Origin: a virus
Taxonomy: Duplodnaviria > Caudoviricetes
IMG/VR virus record: IMGVR_UViG_3300022074_006436
Location: 1-36,065 of that record
Length of the DNA stretch: 36,065 bases
Strand: one strand, 5' to 3'
The position numbers and the translations under genes are program-made. The notes beneath the pieces are model-generated. The model searched no databases. It was not told the origin of the DNA and saw only the letters and a program-made list of their open reading frames with translations. Shown piece after piece: positions 26,754 to 35,663 of the stretch. The number at the start of each line of letters is the position of its first letter. The first letter of the stretch is position 1.

Positions 26754-28034
26754 CTATCCAAAAGAATCTCTAACTAAACGAAGTCCCGTGTACGATTGGG
26801 ACCTGTCACCATAATGACATAAGTCTGCTATCATATATATACCACTATCCCTAGATGATTTTCCAGGAGTTTTATCTAGTGCCATTCCGGGGAAATCACA
26901 CTCAATCAGATCTCCAGCATGTAAACTAAGATCTGCAGGTATTGTAATCTCAGCAACTGTGGTAAATTTTTGTCTGAAATTTTGCTTTGCCTGATATATT
27001 ACCTCCTCTATTACTATATCCTCCTCTGTAAATTTTTCAACTTGACGTTCCGGTTTGTCTTCGTATGAAAACGATCCGCCATTATTTTTACGTACTTGGA
27101 TCTTATCTGTTGCCTTTCCATGAAGATCTGGATGAAACTTTGGTAATGTTTTACCGGCGATGTTTCCACTCCCTTCTGGTGGTGGAGTTGAAGGTTCCTT
27201 CCTAACATATTTTTTAATGACTGAATCAAAAACTTCCAAAATTGTTCCATAAGAACCCGTTTCAAATTGGTCTAATCCATTAATAGATCTAATTCTAGAA
27301 GATTGTAATATTTTTCCATCGTATCCTATTGGCGGCGGTCCTGGTTTTTTATTCTCAACAAATTTTTTGATGTATTTTCCTTTTTTATCAAACAGTTTAT
27401 CTAAAGATCTGAAATGAAATCCCTCAGAAGTTTGCCAAAACAAATATCCAGCACTCTTCCCAGACATCCCATCAGGAATAGCATAGGTTTGAAGTTCTAA
27501 AATTTTACTGAATGGTGGTATGTCCCCACCAAAATCATAATAACTATTATGTGTTGGGTCTACATAGACAGGTTTATCAGACCCCAAATCATTTTGAATT
27601 ATATCAGCTACAATTGTAGATATCTTACCCTCCAATTTCCTTTTAACCCTAGTATCACAAAGCGTATTATCAAATGATTCTTTAGATACAACCTTCAAGT
27701 TATATGAAACATTTGAGAAAGACTCCATTATGTTCTCAATACTAGCAACTCTTAAATCATCTTGATTTTTAAAAGATACTTTGTTTTCGTCTAGTTCAAT
27801 TTCAAATTGAACTCTTTCTGTGGTATAAAGAGGAAGACCTTCCAATATGGTTTTGCCATCAGGGAAAGCACCACCGGTTTCAAGGACATCTACAGAAATT
27901 TCAATAGATGGTTCAAGAACACTTTCCCGATAGAGAACTTTAGGAGTACCCCCAGAAATATTTCCAGACTTACTACTATCTTCGTTTGAATAAATCTCAA
28001 ACTTATTATATTTTAAGGACTGTGTTCTGCTCAT
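26754..28034 (-). CDS. Baseplate hub protein (gp27/late-control-D-like)
   Basis: YRESVLEPSI, GYLFWQTSEGFHFRSLDKL and ITIPADLSLHAGDLI..SGIYMIADLCH..LVRDS. Sits between the TMP-like and gp5 genes. Confidence 0.65.
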   Translation of the reverse strand: MSRTQSLKYNKFEIYSNEDSSKSGNISGGTPKVLYRESVLEPSIEISVDVLETGGAFPDGKTILEGLPLYTTERVQFEIELDENKVSFKNQDDLRVASIENIMESFSNVSYNLKVVSKESFDNTLCDTRVKRKLEGKISTIVADIIQNDLGSDKPVYVDPTHNSYYDFGGDIPPFSKILELQTYAIPDGMSGKSAGYLFWQTSEGFHFRSLDKLFDKKGKYIKKFVENKKPGPPPIGYDGKILQSSRIRSINGLDQFETGSYGTILEVFDSVIKKYVRKEPSTPPPEGSGNIAGKTLPKFHPDLHGKATDKIQVRKNNGGSFSYEDKPERQVEKFTEEDIVIEEVIYQAKQNFRQKFTTVAEITIPADLSLHAGDLIECDFPGMALDKTPGKSSRDSGIYMIADLCHYGDRSQSYTGLRLVRDSFG

Positions 28035-28050
28035 ATCTTTTATTAACTAT

Positions 28051-30807
28051 TTAACTCACTACTACAGGTTGAACCAACACGGTATGTAGTTCAATTGAAT
28101 TATATGCAGGAGTCATTGCAATATCTCCTATGTCAGATTTTTTTTGAGGTTCTAATTTTAGTTTAGTGGGTTTCGCTTTAGTTCCTTTAATTTCATCTAA
28201 AACCGAACCATATGCTGTATTGACACCATCATCATCGTAAACACCTCCTCCAGAGACTGTTTTAATCGAAGCAAATTGGCCTGCCAATCTATCATTATAT
28301 TGTTCCGCAGTGATATCTCCAGCTAGAAATTTCTGTTGTCCTGCCATGTTGAGATAATACTCTGCAAGTTTATCTTGAGTTTCTTGGTCAAATTTTGCAT
28401 TCAAATCAACACCCACTTTTTTTGCAGCAACTTCAGGATATAACATTTGATATGCACCAACCGCAGCACTTCTATGCTCTGGTTTAATACCTATACTCTT
28501 TTGATGGGCGATGTAATCTTTCTGATATTGAACAACCTGATTGATTGTCATTTTGGTAATATCTTCATCTTTTCTTGAGAAACCACCAAGATATCTCTTA
28601 AATGTAGATCCATAATCACCACCAGATTCCAATGATCTGATCTTTCCTTTTAATGAACCATCTGAAGCAGTATATTTTGGAGTGCCACCACCTGAACCAC
28701 CTGCACTATCACTGTCTCGATTATCATTTTTAGAATTAGGAAAGAGATCTAAAAAATCCCACCATTGATTTTTACCCTGTCCTACATTATCAGGATCTTT
28801 CTTCTTTCCAGTATTAGGATCTTTCTTCTTTCCAGTATTAAAACTTTCTCGATTTAAGTTATCTTTTGTTTTATTGCTAAGATCTCTCATTCCATTAACG
28901 GTAGTTATTCCGTAATTATCACCAACATATCTCAGCAGATTTTCATCAAAGTCATTACCTGAAAGTAAACCAACAGCACCTGCCATCAAACTACTGATAA
29001 ATCCACCAGAAGTATTAAGTATACTGTCATACGTTTCCTTTATAATACCAAAGATTTTTTCGTATTCCTCTTTATCACCACTACCATATATTTCTTTACC
29101 TTTTAGGGTTCCTAAAGAATCTTTAAACAAATCAGGTTCAGGTTCCTTTTTCTTCTTTTCTTTTGATATTGGTGGTGGTGGACTAACTGGCGGTGGTGGA
29201 CCAACCATACCACCTTTATTAAACTTCTCTGCAGACATTCCTGTCATTTTTAAAACAACATCATATAAACTTCTGCCTATTATATCGCCAGCGATACCAC
29301 CAATAATCGATCCGACAAATGGAATAGGAATGAATGTTCCTACAGCAGCACCTATTGCAGCACCAACGGCACCAGCAGCTGCTTTATCTGGTCTGTCTCC
29401 AAGTATTACAGAAATTACAAAATCAACTAATGGACCTATGACAGGAATTTTTCCAGCAGCTTTAGCAAGTGCTTTACTGCCAGTAGTTTTTAATAATGCT
29501 CTTGGCAACATTCTACCAGCACCTCTAGACGTAATTCTGCCCGGTTTTGGTGGTTCGCCAAGAAGACCCTCTAATTTGAACCCTCTTTGGCGTCTTCCAT
29601 CAATTACGTCTTTAGCCATTCGAGTCTCAGCATCGTTCTTGGCTAAGTCAACATTCAGATCCCGTACTTTTCCCTTACTATAATCCTCTCCAAGCGCCTC
29701 CATCTCCATATTGCTGAGCTCACTCAAATTATTCAGGTTTGTATAAATCTTACCAGATCCACCCGTTCCAGTTCCAGTTCCCATTGGTCTACTGGGTTTG
29801 GTTGCAGTTGCAGATGTGCCCGATCCACCTAACAGTTTTTGGTAATCTGGATTTTTCATTATCGCATCGACTGCTGACTGTGAATCAGTAAGATAACTTC
29901 CTCTAATTCTTTTTTTAAGTACCTTTACTCTTTCTCTTCGTCTTTCATTTTCTAATTGTTTTTTGATGAATTCTACAGTCTTTTTATCTTTTGATCTTCT
30001 CTGCAGATCACCCATCAATGTCAACTCTTTTCTAATTTTGTTTATTTCTCTTCTATCTCTTGCACGTCTTCGCGCTGCTGCAGCACCAATAGCACCAGTG
30101 CCTCCAGCTCTAATGCCACCAGTTCTCTTAAACAGACCACCACGAAGTGCAGCAGCACCAGCAATGATAACACCATTGATGGCAAGAGTTAAAGCACCAG
30201 AAAAATCATTGAATAATTTTTGAAAGTTTTCTCCACCAATTTCTTTTGTGAATTCAGATACAGCATCATAAGCTCTATATCCTTTTTCAATCCAATCAAC
30301 AGTATTTGACAGAAGTCCTTCCGCAAAATTCATAATACCAACCGCAGCTGGTTTTAAAACACTACCAATAACATTAAGTGCAGGAAGGAGTTTACCAAAA
30401 TTATTGAATAAAAATCCCAGGAGAGTAAACCCAGCAAATCTCATCAATCTATCAAAGATGCTAGACCCTGGAATCTTTACCGCCTGCTTTTCTTGTTCTC
30501 CTTTTTTACCTAACTTCTTTGTTTCTAATTCACGTTCCCTTTCATCTCTTTTCTTTCTTTCTTGCTCTCTTCTTTTTCTTCTTTTATCTCTTTCTCTCAA
30601 CAATAAACCATATCTAAGAAGTTTAGTGACATCAGAAATCTTTTCACTAATAACTGAAGACTTTTCAGAGTCATCATCTTTCTTCTCGGGTTTTATGCCA
30701 GAAAGAAGTTTTGGTTTAGATGGAATAATACTATTAACAGGAACAAGAAATACTTGTTTCTTATCTTGTCCAGAAGGTAATAGTTTTTTAGAATTAATAG
30801 TTTTCAT
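28051..30807 (-). CDS. Tape-measure-like/tail protein with C-terminal lysozyme-like domain
   Basis: Charged coiled coil, Gly/Ala-rich hydrophobic helices (GAAIGAAVGTFIPIPFVGSIIGG), KFNKGGMV motif, and a C-terminal LESGGDYG..AVGAYQM..QETQDKLA domain. Confidence 0.65.
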   Translation of the reverse strand: MKTINSKKLLPSGQDKKQVFLVPVNSIIPSKPKLLSGIKPEKKDDDSEKSSVISEKISDVTKLLRYGLLLRERDKRRKRREQERKKRDERERELETKKLGKKGEQEKQAVKIPGSSIFDRLMRFAGFTLLGFLFNNFGKLLPALNVIGSVLKPAAVGIMNFAEGLLSNTVDWIEKGYRAYDAVSEFTKEIGGENFQKLFNDFSGALTLAINGVIIAGAAALRGGLFKRTGGIRAGGTGAIGAAAARRRARDRREINKIRKELTLMGDLQRRSKDKKTVEFIKKQLENERRRERVKVLKKRIRGSYLTDSQSAVDAIMKNPDYQKLLGGSGTSATATKPSRPMGTGTGTGGSGKIYTNLNNLSELSNMEMEALGEDYSKGKVRDLNVDLAKNDAETRMAKDVIDGRRQRGFKLEGLLGEPPKPGRITSRGAGRMLPRALLKTTGSKALAKAAGKIPVIGPLVDFVISVILGDRPDKAAAGAVGAAIGAAVGTFIPIPFVGSIIGGIAGDIIGRSLYDVVLKMTGMSAEKFNKGGMVGPPPPVSPPPPISKEKKKKEPEPDLFKDSLGTLKGKEIYGSGDKEEYEKIFGIIKETYDSILNTSGGFISSLMAGAVGLLSGNDFDENLLRYVGDNYGITTVNGMRDLSNKTKDNLNRESFNTGKKKDPNTGKKKDPDNVGQGKNQWWDFLDLFPNSKNDNRDSDSAGGSGGGTPKYTASDGSLKGKIRSLESGGDYGSTFKRYLGGFSRKDEDITKMTINQVVQYQKDYIAHQKSIGIKPEHRSAAVGAYQMLYPEVAAKKVGVDLNAKFDQETQDKLAEYYLNMAGQQKFLAGDITAEQYNDRLAGQFASIKTVSGGGVYDDDGVNTAYGSVLDEIKGTKAKPTKLKLEPQKKSDIGDIAMTPAYNSIELHTVLVQPVVVS
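28792..28840. repeat. Perfect in-frame 24-bp tandem duplication
   Basis: aggatctttcttctttccagtatt occurs twice, encoding NTGKKKDP twice. Confidence 0.95.
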
Positions 30808-30808
30808 A

Positions 30809-33034
30809 TCATCCTATACCAAGATATTCTAGAACATGATTAGAAGATCTAGCACGCGCAATATTAAACGAAGGAAGTTCTGTTGCAGCACTACCTTGAT
30901 TTGGTGGTTTTTTCGCTTGCATTGTAGTTGGTGGCAATACAATGGTTTGCATTTTAGACATGGTTTGTGGCGTATCTACTGGCGAAACTCTGGATTGTGG
31001 TCCAAGCATTGGTTTACCATAAAGATTCATGCTTTCATCTGCACCAGATATCCCCCCCTGACGCATAGCATCACGTAGGGTATCATATTTGCCCTGCATT
31101 TGCAATGCAGTGCCACTTGTCTTTCTCATCAATTCTTGAGTTCCTGTCATGTTACCAATTTGATTTGCATTTTCTATTGCTTTATTCAATCTGGTATTAT
31201 TAGATCCTGTATTTAGAATTGAAGTTGATAATGGTTTTGGTTTAACTCTATGTGCTCCCTCAGTGTCTATACCCATCTCTGCAGCATATTGATAAAAACC
31301 TGGTGAATAAACTCCAGGTTTCAAACCTGCTTCAAACTGGTCAAGATAATTATTTGGACTTAATCGATTATATCTTTCAATATCTTCAGAGGTGTATCCA
31401 GTTCTTCTAAAAGATCCAGGAACTGTCATTCCAAGAAACTTCTGTACAGTTCCACCATCTCTATTGTAAGTGCCTCCCCGTGAGGATGATGGTGCCATAA
31501 CTCTTCCAGTTCTTGGAAGTCTCAGTCCACCAATCATACCACCTTGATTATATTTAAATATCTGATTAGTTACGGTTCCACCATCTCGCACATATCTTCC
31601 ACCTGTGCTTCCAGAAGGTGCCATAACTCTTCCAGTTCTTGGAAATCTCAGTCCTCCAATTATACCACCTTGATTTGCAAGTTGAATACCATCAGTATAT
31701 TCAGGGATACCAGTTGCACCTGAAGATCTAATCATATTCATAAAGTAATCAGAACCATACATCTGTACAGTTTGAGTTGGTATGACTATTTCACCTGGTT
31801 TTGCAGCGACTAATTGTGTATCAGATCCCGCACCTGTAATATCAAGACCACTAGACTTTGTAATTCTACCATCACTATCACGCAAACCACTCATCGAACG
31901 TGTCAAGTTCTGAGTATTATTGTTTACAATTCCACCACCTTGATTATATTTTAATATCTGATTATTTACGATCCCACCCTGATCAAATTTTGTTACTACA
32001 TCAGGTAGTTTTCCAGTATCTTTAAGGTTTTCTATGCCTTTTATATCACCACTTTCTACTGTTGATTCTTCGCTTTTTGGAAGTAACTTTGAAATAAGAC
32101 CAATACCAGTAACACCCGCCAGGGCAAGTGCTGTGTATGGATTTCGTTTAACTATTTTCAATAGTGCAGGAATTGCAAATCGCATCAAACTGATAACACC
32201 CTTTACAAGAACCCCAAGAGGTGTAAAGAATAATGCCGCAACACCAAGTAATGATGGCCACCAATCTTTTAAGAATCTACCAATTGCTTCTATTTTCTTT
32301 TGATTTTTTGGATTAGAAAAGAATGTGACAAATCGATTAAAGGCATATCCAAGTATAGTAAATTGAAGGAACTTAAGTATGCGACCAAGGATACTCTGGA
32401 ATGGAGCAACCACGGTCTTCATTAATCTTTGAACTGGTTTTGAAATAGACTCTAGTCTATTTTCTGCATCTTGTCTTTTTTTATTCTGTTTATTTTTTCT
32501 TTCATCCTCTTGTTTTTTCAGTTCAAGTTTGTTGTCATTTTTAATTACATCAATAAGTTCATCTAGTTTGTTTAAAATATCAGAAGAATTTTCTTCCCCA
32601 TCACCTTCACTTGTAGATGGAATAACTGCTTTAGATACTAAGAAAAATTTATCTGGAGAAACAAGGACTTTTCCTGTTGTACCAATATCATCAGAAGATA
32701 TTTTCTTTCTAACTATCTTAAATCTTCCAACTTTACGCTTTACTCTTCTAAACTCATCAGTAAGTAATTCATTTTCATCGCCAGGTAGACCGGCGTTAAC
32801 CATTCTAGCAGCAACCAGTTTCTCTTTTAAAAGAGATAAGTAAGTTGCATAATCCATATCAAAGACTTCTTCCAATCCAAGAAGTCTTAAAATTCTTTCA
32901 TCTATAGATTCTGATACTAAATCTGTCTCTCTTGTTCCCTCATATAATGTTAAAGCACCACCCTTTTCCTTAGACTCCTCTTCGGATTCTGCCCTTATAG
33001 TTGCTAGTAGATCGTCGAGTTCGTCAGGTCCCAT
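30809..33034 (-). CDS. Tape-measure-like tail protein
   Basis: Coiled coil, amphipathic/hydrophobic helices, repeated xxQGG motifs, and the DTQLVAAKPGEIVIP motif typical of TMP C-termini. Directly follows gp26/gp51. Confidence 0.6.
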   Translation of the reverse strand: MGPDELDDLLATIRAESEEESKEKGGALTLYEGTRETDLVSESIDERILRLLGLEEVFDMDYATYLSLLKEKLVAARMVNAGLPGDENELLTDEFRRVKRKVGRFKIVRKKISSDDIGTTGKVLVSPDKFFLVSKAVIPSTSEGDGEENSSDILNKLDELIDVIKNDNKLELKKQEDERKNKQNKKRQDAENRLESISKPVQRLMKTVVAPFQSILGRILKFLQFTILGYAFNRFVTFFSNPKNQKKIEAIGRFLKDWWPSLLGVAALFFTPLGVLVKGVISLMRFAIPALLKIVKRNPYTALALAGVTGIGLISKLLPKSEESTVESGDIKGIENLKDTGKLPDVVTKFDQGGIVNNQILKYNQGGGIVNNNTQNLTRSMSGLRDSDGRITKSSGLDITGAGSDTQLVAAKPGEIVIPTQTVQMYGSDYFMNMIRSSGATGIPEYTDGIQLANQGGIIGGLRFPRTGRVMAPSGSTGGRYVRDGGTVTNQIFKYNQGGMIGGLRLPRTGRVMAPSSSRGGTYNRDGGTVQKFLGMTVPGSFRRTGYTSEDIERYNRLSPNNYLDQFEAGLKPGVYSPGFYQYAAEMGIDTEGAHRVKPKPLSTSILNTGSNNTRLNKAIENANQIGNMTGTQELMRKTSGTALQMQGKYDTLRDAMRQGGISGADESMNLYGKPMLGPQSRVSPVDTPQTMSKMQTIVLPPTTMQAKKPPNQGSAATELPSFNIARARSSNHVLEYLGIG
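31449..31675. repeat. Imperfect in-frame direct repeat, ~101-bp units with 126-bp period
   Basis: NQGG(I/M)IGGLR(F/L)PRTGRVMAPS...RDGGT is encoded twice (31449-31549 and 31575-31675). Confidence 0.9.
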
Positions 33035-33191
33035 TTTGTTGCTGCTTTTGTTTTTCTTCTTCTATGTGTGCCTTCAACAATTCAACATAAATGTCCCTTT
33101 CCCAAGGAATTAAATTTTCTATCTCTGTTAATGAATATTTATGGTACTGCATCAAGGAAAAATTTAATTTATAATAGGTCTCAAGATCCAT
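33024..33191 (-). CDS. gp51: Baseplate hub assembly catalyst gp51-like, 55 aa (probably made as a frameshift extension of gp26)
   Basis: Below the ORF-track cutoff: MDLETYYKLNFSLMQYHKYSLTEIENLIPWERDIYVELLKAHIEEEKQKQQQNGT. The YSLTEIENLIPWER motif is characteristic. Confidence 0.85.
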   Translation of the reverse strand: MDLETYYKLNFSLMQYHKYSLTEIENLIPWERDIYVELLKAHIEEEKQKQQQNGT

Positions 33192-33230
33192 ATGGGAGAG
33201 ACCTACGCGAAAAAACTTGACAGCCCCTCC
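33175..33230 (-). promoter_or_regulatory. Putative -1 programmed ribosomal frameshift signal
   Basis: GGAGG (33226-33230), 10 nt, T TTT TTC (33209-33215), 3 nt, then stem TAGGTCTC/GAGACCTA (33198-33205 with 33175-33182). Confidence 0.7.
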
Positions 33231-33922
33231 AGTATAACAGTACTCTTAACTTCTGTTTTAGGATTGACAACCTCAACCTCATGAGAAAGTTTAGGCATCG
33301 TTTCAAAAAACTTTTCAATCTCTTTGAACTGAGATGAGTTCATTTGCTCTAAGAAATCAATCAGTTCCTTCTTAGTACAATCCGAAGATGTCCATGCTTC
33401 TTCACTATTGTAAATCTTTTCAATACAACTTGCAACCAAATCAAAAGACTGATCCATGCCAGCATCTTCTGAGAAATCAAAGTTGGATTTGATGAACTGA
33501 TCCAGTGATGGATATTTCATCTCCATTGTAAGACTATCATCTACTTTAATTTTATTAGTATGCTTTTCTGATTTTTCAACTCCAATCTCATCAATATTAA
33601 TTTTCACAGGAACATAAGTCTCCCCATCATCTGGACAAACAATATTGACTTCAATTTCTTCACCAACTGACTTGCCTCTGATATTCAAAAACAAATATTC
33701 AATATCAAATGTAGGAAGTATTTCAACCTTAACACCTCTAGAAAGAATACATGCTTTGATTACATTCTTAATAGCGGTAGTAATTTCCTTCGTATTCTCA
33801 CTTTCAAGTGCAAGAACCAAAAGTTTTTCTTCCTTAACTAGAAATGGTCTATACTTTATATTTTTTCCTGTTGATGGCAATTCCAACTCATATGTTGGTG
33901 TAGCAATTTTTGGTAAAGGCAT
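33203..33922 (-). CDS. gp26: Baseplate hub assembly chaperone gp26
   Basis: MPLPKIATPTYELELPS..YRPFLVKEEKLL..FDIEYLFLNIRGKSVGE..MPKLSH..LEGLSSFF. Confidence 0.92.
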   Translation of the reverse strand: MPLPKIATPTYELELPSTGKNIKYRPFLVKEEKLLVLALESENTKEITTAIKNVIKACILSRGVKVEILPTFDIEYLFLNIRGKSVGEEIEVNIVCPDDGETYVPVKINIDEIGVEKSEKHTNKIKVDDSLTMEMKYPSLDQFIKSNFDFSEDAGMDQSFDLVASCIEKIYNSEEAWTSSDCTKKELIDFLEQMNSSQFKEIEKFFETMPKLSHEVEVVNPKTEVKSTVILEGLSSFFA

Positions 33923-33949
33923 AATATCCTGTAGAAGTTTCAGTATGGT

Positions 33950-33956
33950 TATTTAT
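33950..33956 (-). promoter_or_regulatory. Late promoter ATAAATA
   Basis: Overlaps the upstream stop, 27 nt before the gp26 ATG. Confidence 0.7.
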
Positions 33957-34774
33957 TAAGCAAGTCCTTGGTTAATAAGTATGTTGTTCAATTCTCTATT
34001 TGTCCCTGCTCCAGTAAGACCAAAACTTGTGGTTCCTGCTATATTACTATTTGTTGCAGCATCTAATGCTTCTTCAAATTCTATTTGTCTTTGTGCCACT
34101 GGGCGTGGATTAATCACATAACGACTATAAGTAAATGAAACTGTGCATTTTAAAACGTCAGATCCCTCATATGAAACTGGCATTGAATTTATGCTTAATG
34201 GAAAAGCATTTATAAACTGATATGTAAGAGTTCTAGGGACAAGTTCTTCTCCAAATTTTTGAGGAGAATTATAATCTTTTTCAAATTTTGTTATGTATAA
34301 TTGATCTGTTTTATATCCATTAGGACCATCAGGAAAATTCATTCTATAAGAATAATTTCGATTCCCCTGTTCATCTAAATTATCCTCACCAACAATATAT
34401 GACATCCAATTTTCAAAGAAATCTATTATCTTATAATCACTATCTACATAAAAAGTAAAATCAGAACGTTCATCATATTGTCTTCTATACGCATGTCTCT
34501 CAGTCACACCAGTAAAATCATTATTGATTTCGTGTGTTGCTAATGAAGATCCTGGTAATGATGCACTGGCACATGATAACTCAATTAATTCTGCCCCACC
34601 ACTATCATTATATGCTGTAGCACCTAGAAATCCATCCGCCGCTCTAGAAGATGCAAGACTTTGTATTCCCGCTGGTGGTTGAAACTGGCACAAAAAATGT
34701 GAAGTTGTTGCTGGACGCATCAACTTAGATTTAAGTTTAGACAATCCAACACTTGTAGGTCTTTTTGCTACCAT
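33956..34774 (-). CDS. Tail tube-fold protein (gp54 baseplate-tube initiator / gp19-like)
   Basis: LSCASASLPG, FTFYVD..FFENW and YQFINAFPLSINSMPVSY..CTVSFTY are tube-family motifs. Confidence 0.7.
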   Translation of the reverse strand: MVAKRPTSVGLSKLKSKLMRPATTSHFLCQFQPPAGIQSLASSRAADGFLGATAYNDSGGAELIELSCASASLPGSSLATHEINNDFTGVTERHAYRRQYDERSDFTFYVDSDYKIIDFFENWMSYIVGEDNLDEQGNRNYSYRMNFPDGPNGYKTDQLYITKFEKDYNSPQKFGEELVPRTLTYQFINAFPLSINSMPVSYEGSDVLKCTVSFTYSRYVINPRPVAQRQIEFEEALDAATNSNIAGTTSFGLTGAGTNRELNNILINQGLA

Positions 34775-34775
34775 C

Positions 34776-34783
34776 TATAAATA
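34776..34783 (+). promoter_or_regulatory. T4-type late promoter TATAAATA
   Basis: Perfect consensus in the 41-bp divergent intergenic gap, upstream of gp4. Confidence 0.8.
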
Positions 34784-34815
34784 CTTTTTGACCGTATATA
34801 TTATGTAGACAAGAT

Positions 34816-35259
34816 ATGGGAGAAAGTATTAAAAGCAAATACAAACCTTCCTTTCCTAAGAAATATCAAGGCGATCCAAATAATATAATCTGTCGAAGTA
34901 ACTGGGAAAGAAAGTTTTGTAAGTGGTGTGATGCTAATGATAATATTATAGCATGGGGTTCTGAAGAATTTTCTATTCCATATCGTTCACCTGTTGACGG
35001 AAGAGTTCATAGATACTATCCGGATTTTATTATCAAAGTTAGAGAACAGACTGGTGATATTAAAACATATGTGATAGAAGTAAAACCCAAAAAACAAACT
35101 AGAGAACCAAAGAAACCAAAAAGACAGTCTAAATCATATATCACTGAGGTAAAAACTTACGCTGTCAATCAAGCAAAATGGAAAGCAGCAGATGAATGGT
35201 GTAAGGATAGACGTATTGAATTTAAAATCATCACAGAAGACCATTTAGGTATTAAGTAA
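34816..35259 (+). CDS. gp4: Head completion protein gp4 (TnsA-like endonuclease fold)
   Basis: KYQGDPNNIICRSNWE..WGSEE..HRYYPDF..IEVKP..VNQAKWKAA..ITE. Confidence 0.92.
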   Translation: MGESIKSKYKPSFPKKYQGDPNNIICRSNWERKFCKWCDANDNIIAWGSEEFSIPYRSPVDGRVHRYYPDFIIKVREQTGDIKTYVIEVKPKKQTREPKKPKRQSKSYITEVKTYAVNQAKWKAADEWCKDRRIEFKIITEDHLGIK

Positions 35260-35639
35260 TGGCACAAGGTTTCGGACAAGACATTCAGTCGTCATCATCA
35301 AGAGTAAACCAACTCAAAAGAAAAGTAAAGGGTTTAGTTAAGAGTGATGATGTCATGTTTGAAATTATTAGTGTCTTCCGTGAGACTGAAATTATTCCTT
35401 CTGTAGGTAAATATTATACCTTCATCTACACACCAAAGACTCAAGATATTGAATTTGACCAGTTCCCTCTAATTGCATGTATAGATGTTCAACGGTGGGG
35501 ATTTAGAGGTGTAAATTATCATTGGGAGTCTGTTCGTAACTATACATGGCAAGAAGTAGAAGGGTTCTTACATGTTGTAGAAGATGATGAAATAGGATAC
35601 CTTAGATCATTGAATTATGGAAACTTCTTTGGACCTTGA
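35259..35639 (+). CDS. DNA end-protector gp2-like protein (short)
   Basis: GKYYTFIYTPKT..FDQFPLI..GFRGVNYHW resembles the gp2 core. Adjacent to gp4. Confidence 0.6.
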   Translation: MAQGFGQDIQSSSSRVNQLKRKVKGLVKSDDVMFEIISVFRETEIIPSVGKYYTFIYTPKTQDIEFDQFPLIACIDVQRWGFRGVNYHWESVRNYTWQEVEGFLHVVEDDEIGYLRSLNYGNFFGP

Positions 35640-35645
35640 TAAATA
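35639..35645 (+). promoter_or_regulatory. Late promoter ATAAATA
   Basis: Intergenic, 18 nt before ATG 35664. Confidence 0.7.
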
Positions 35646-35663
35646 ACTAAAAAGTAATCTCTG

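Noticed and set aside
109-33959. Numerous plus-strand and alternative-frame ORFs of 60-214 aa in the ORF track
   Set aside because: They overlap long, motif-bearing minus-strand genes and look like shadows of biased codon usage (GGT/ACT-rich), with no evident RBS or protein motifs.
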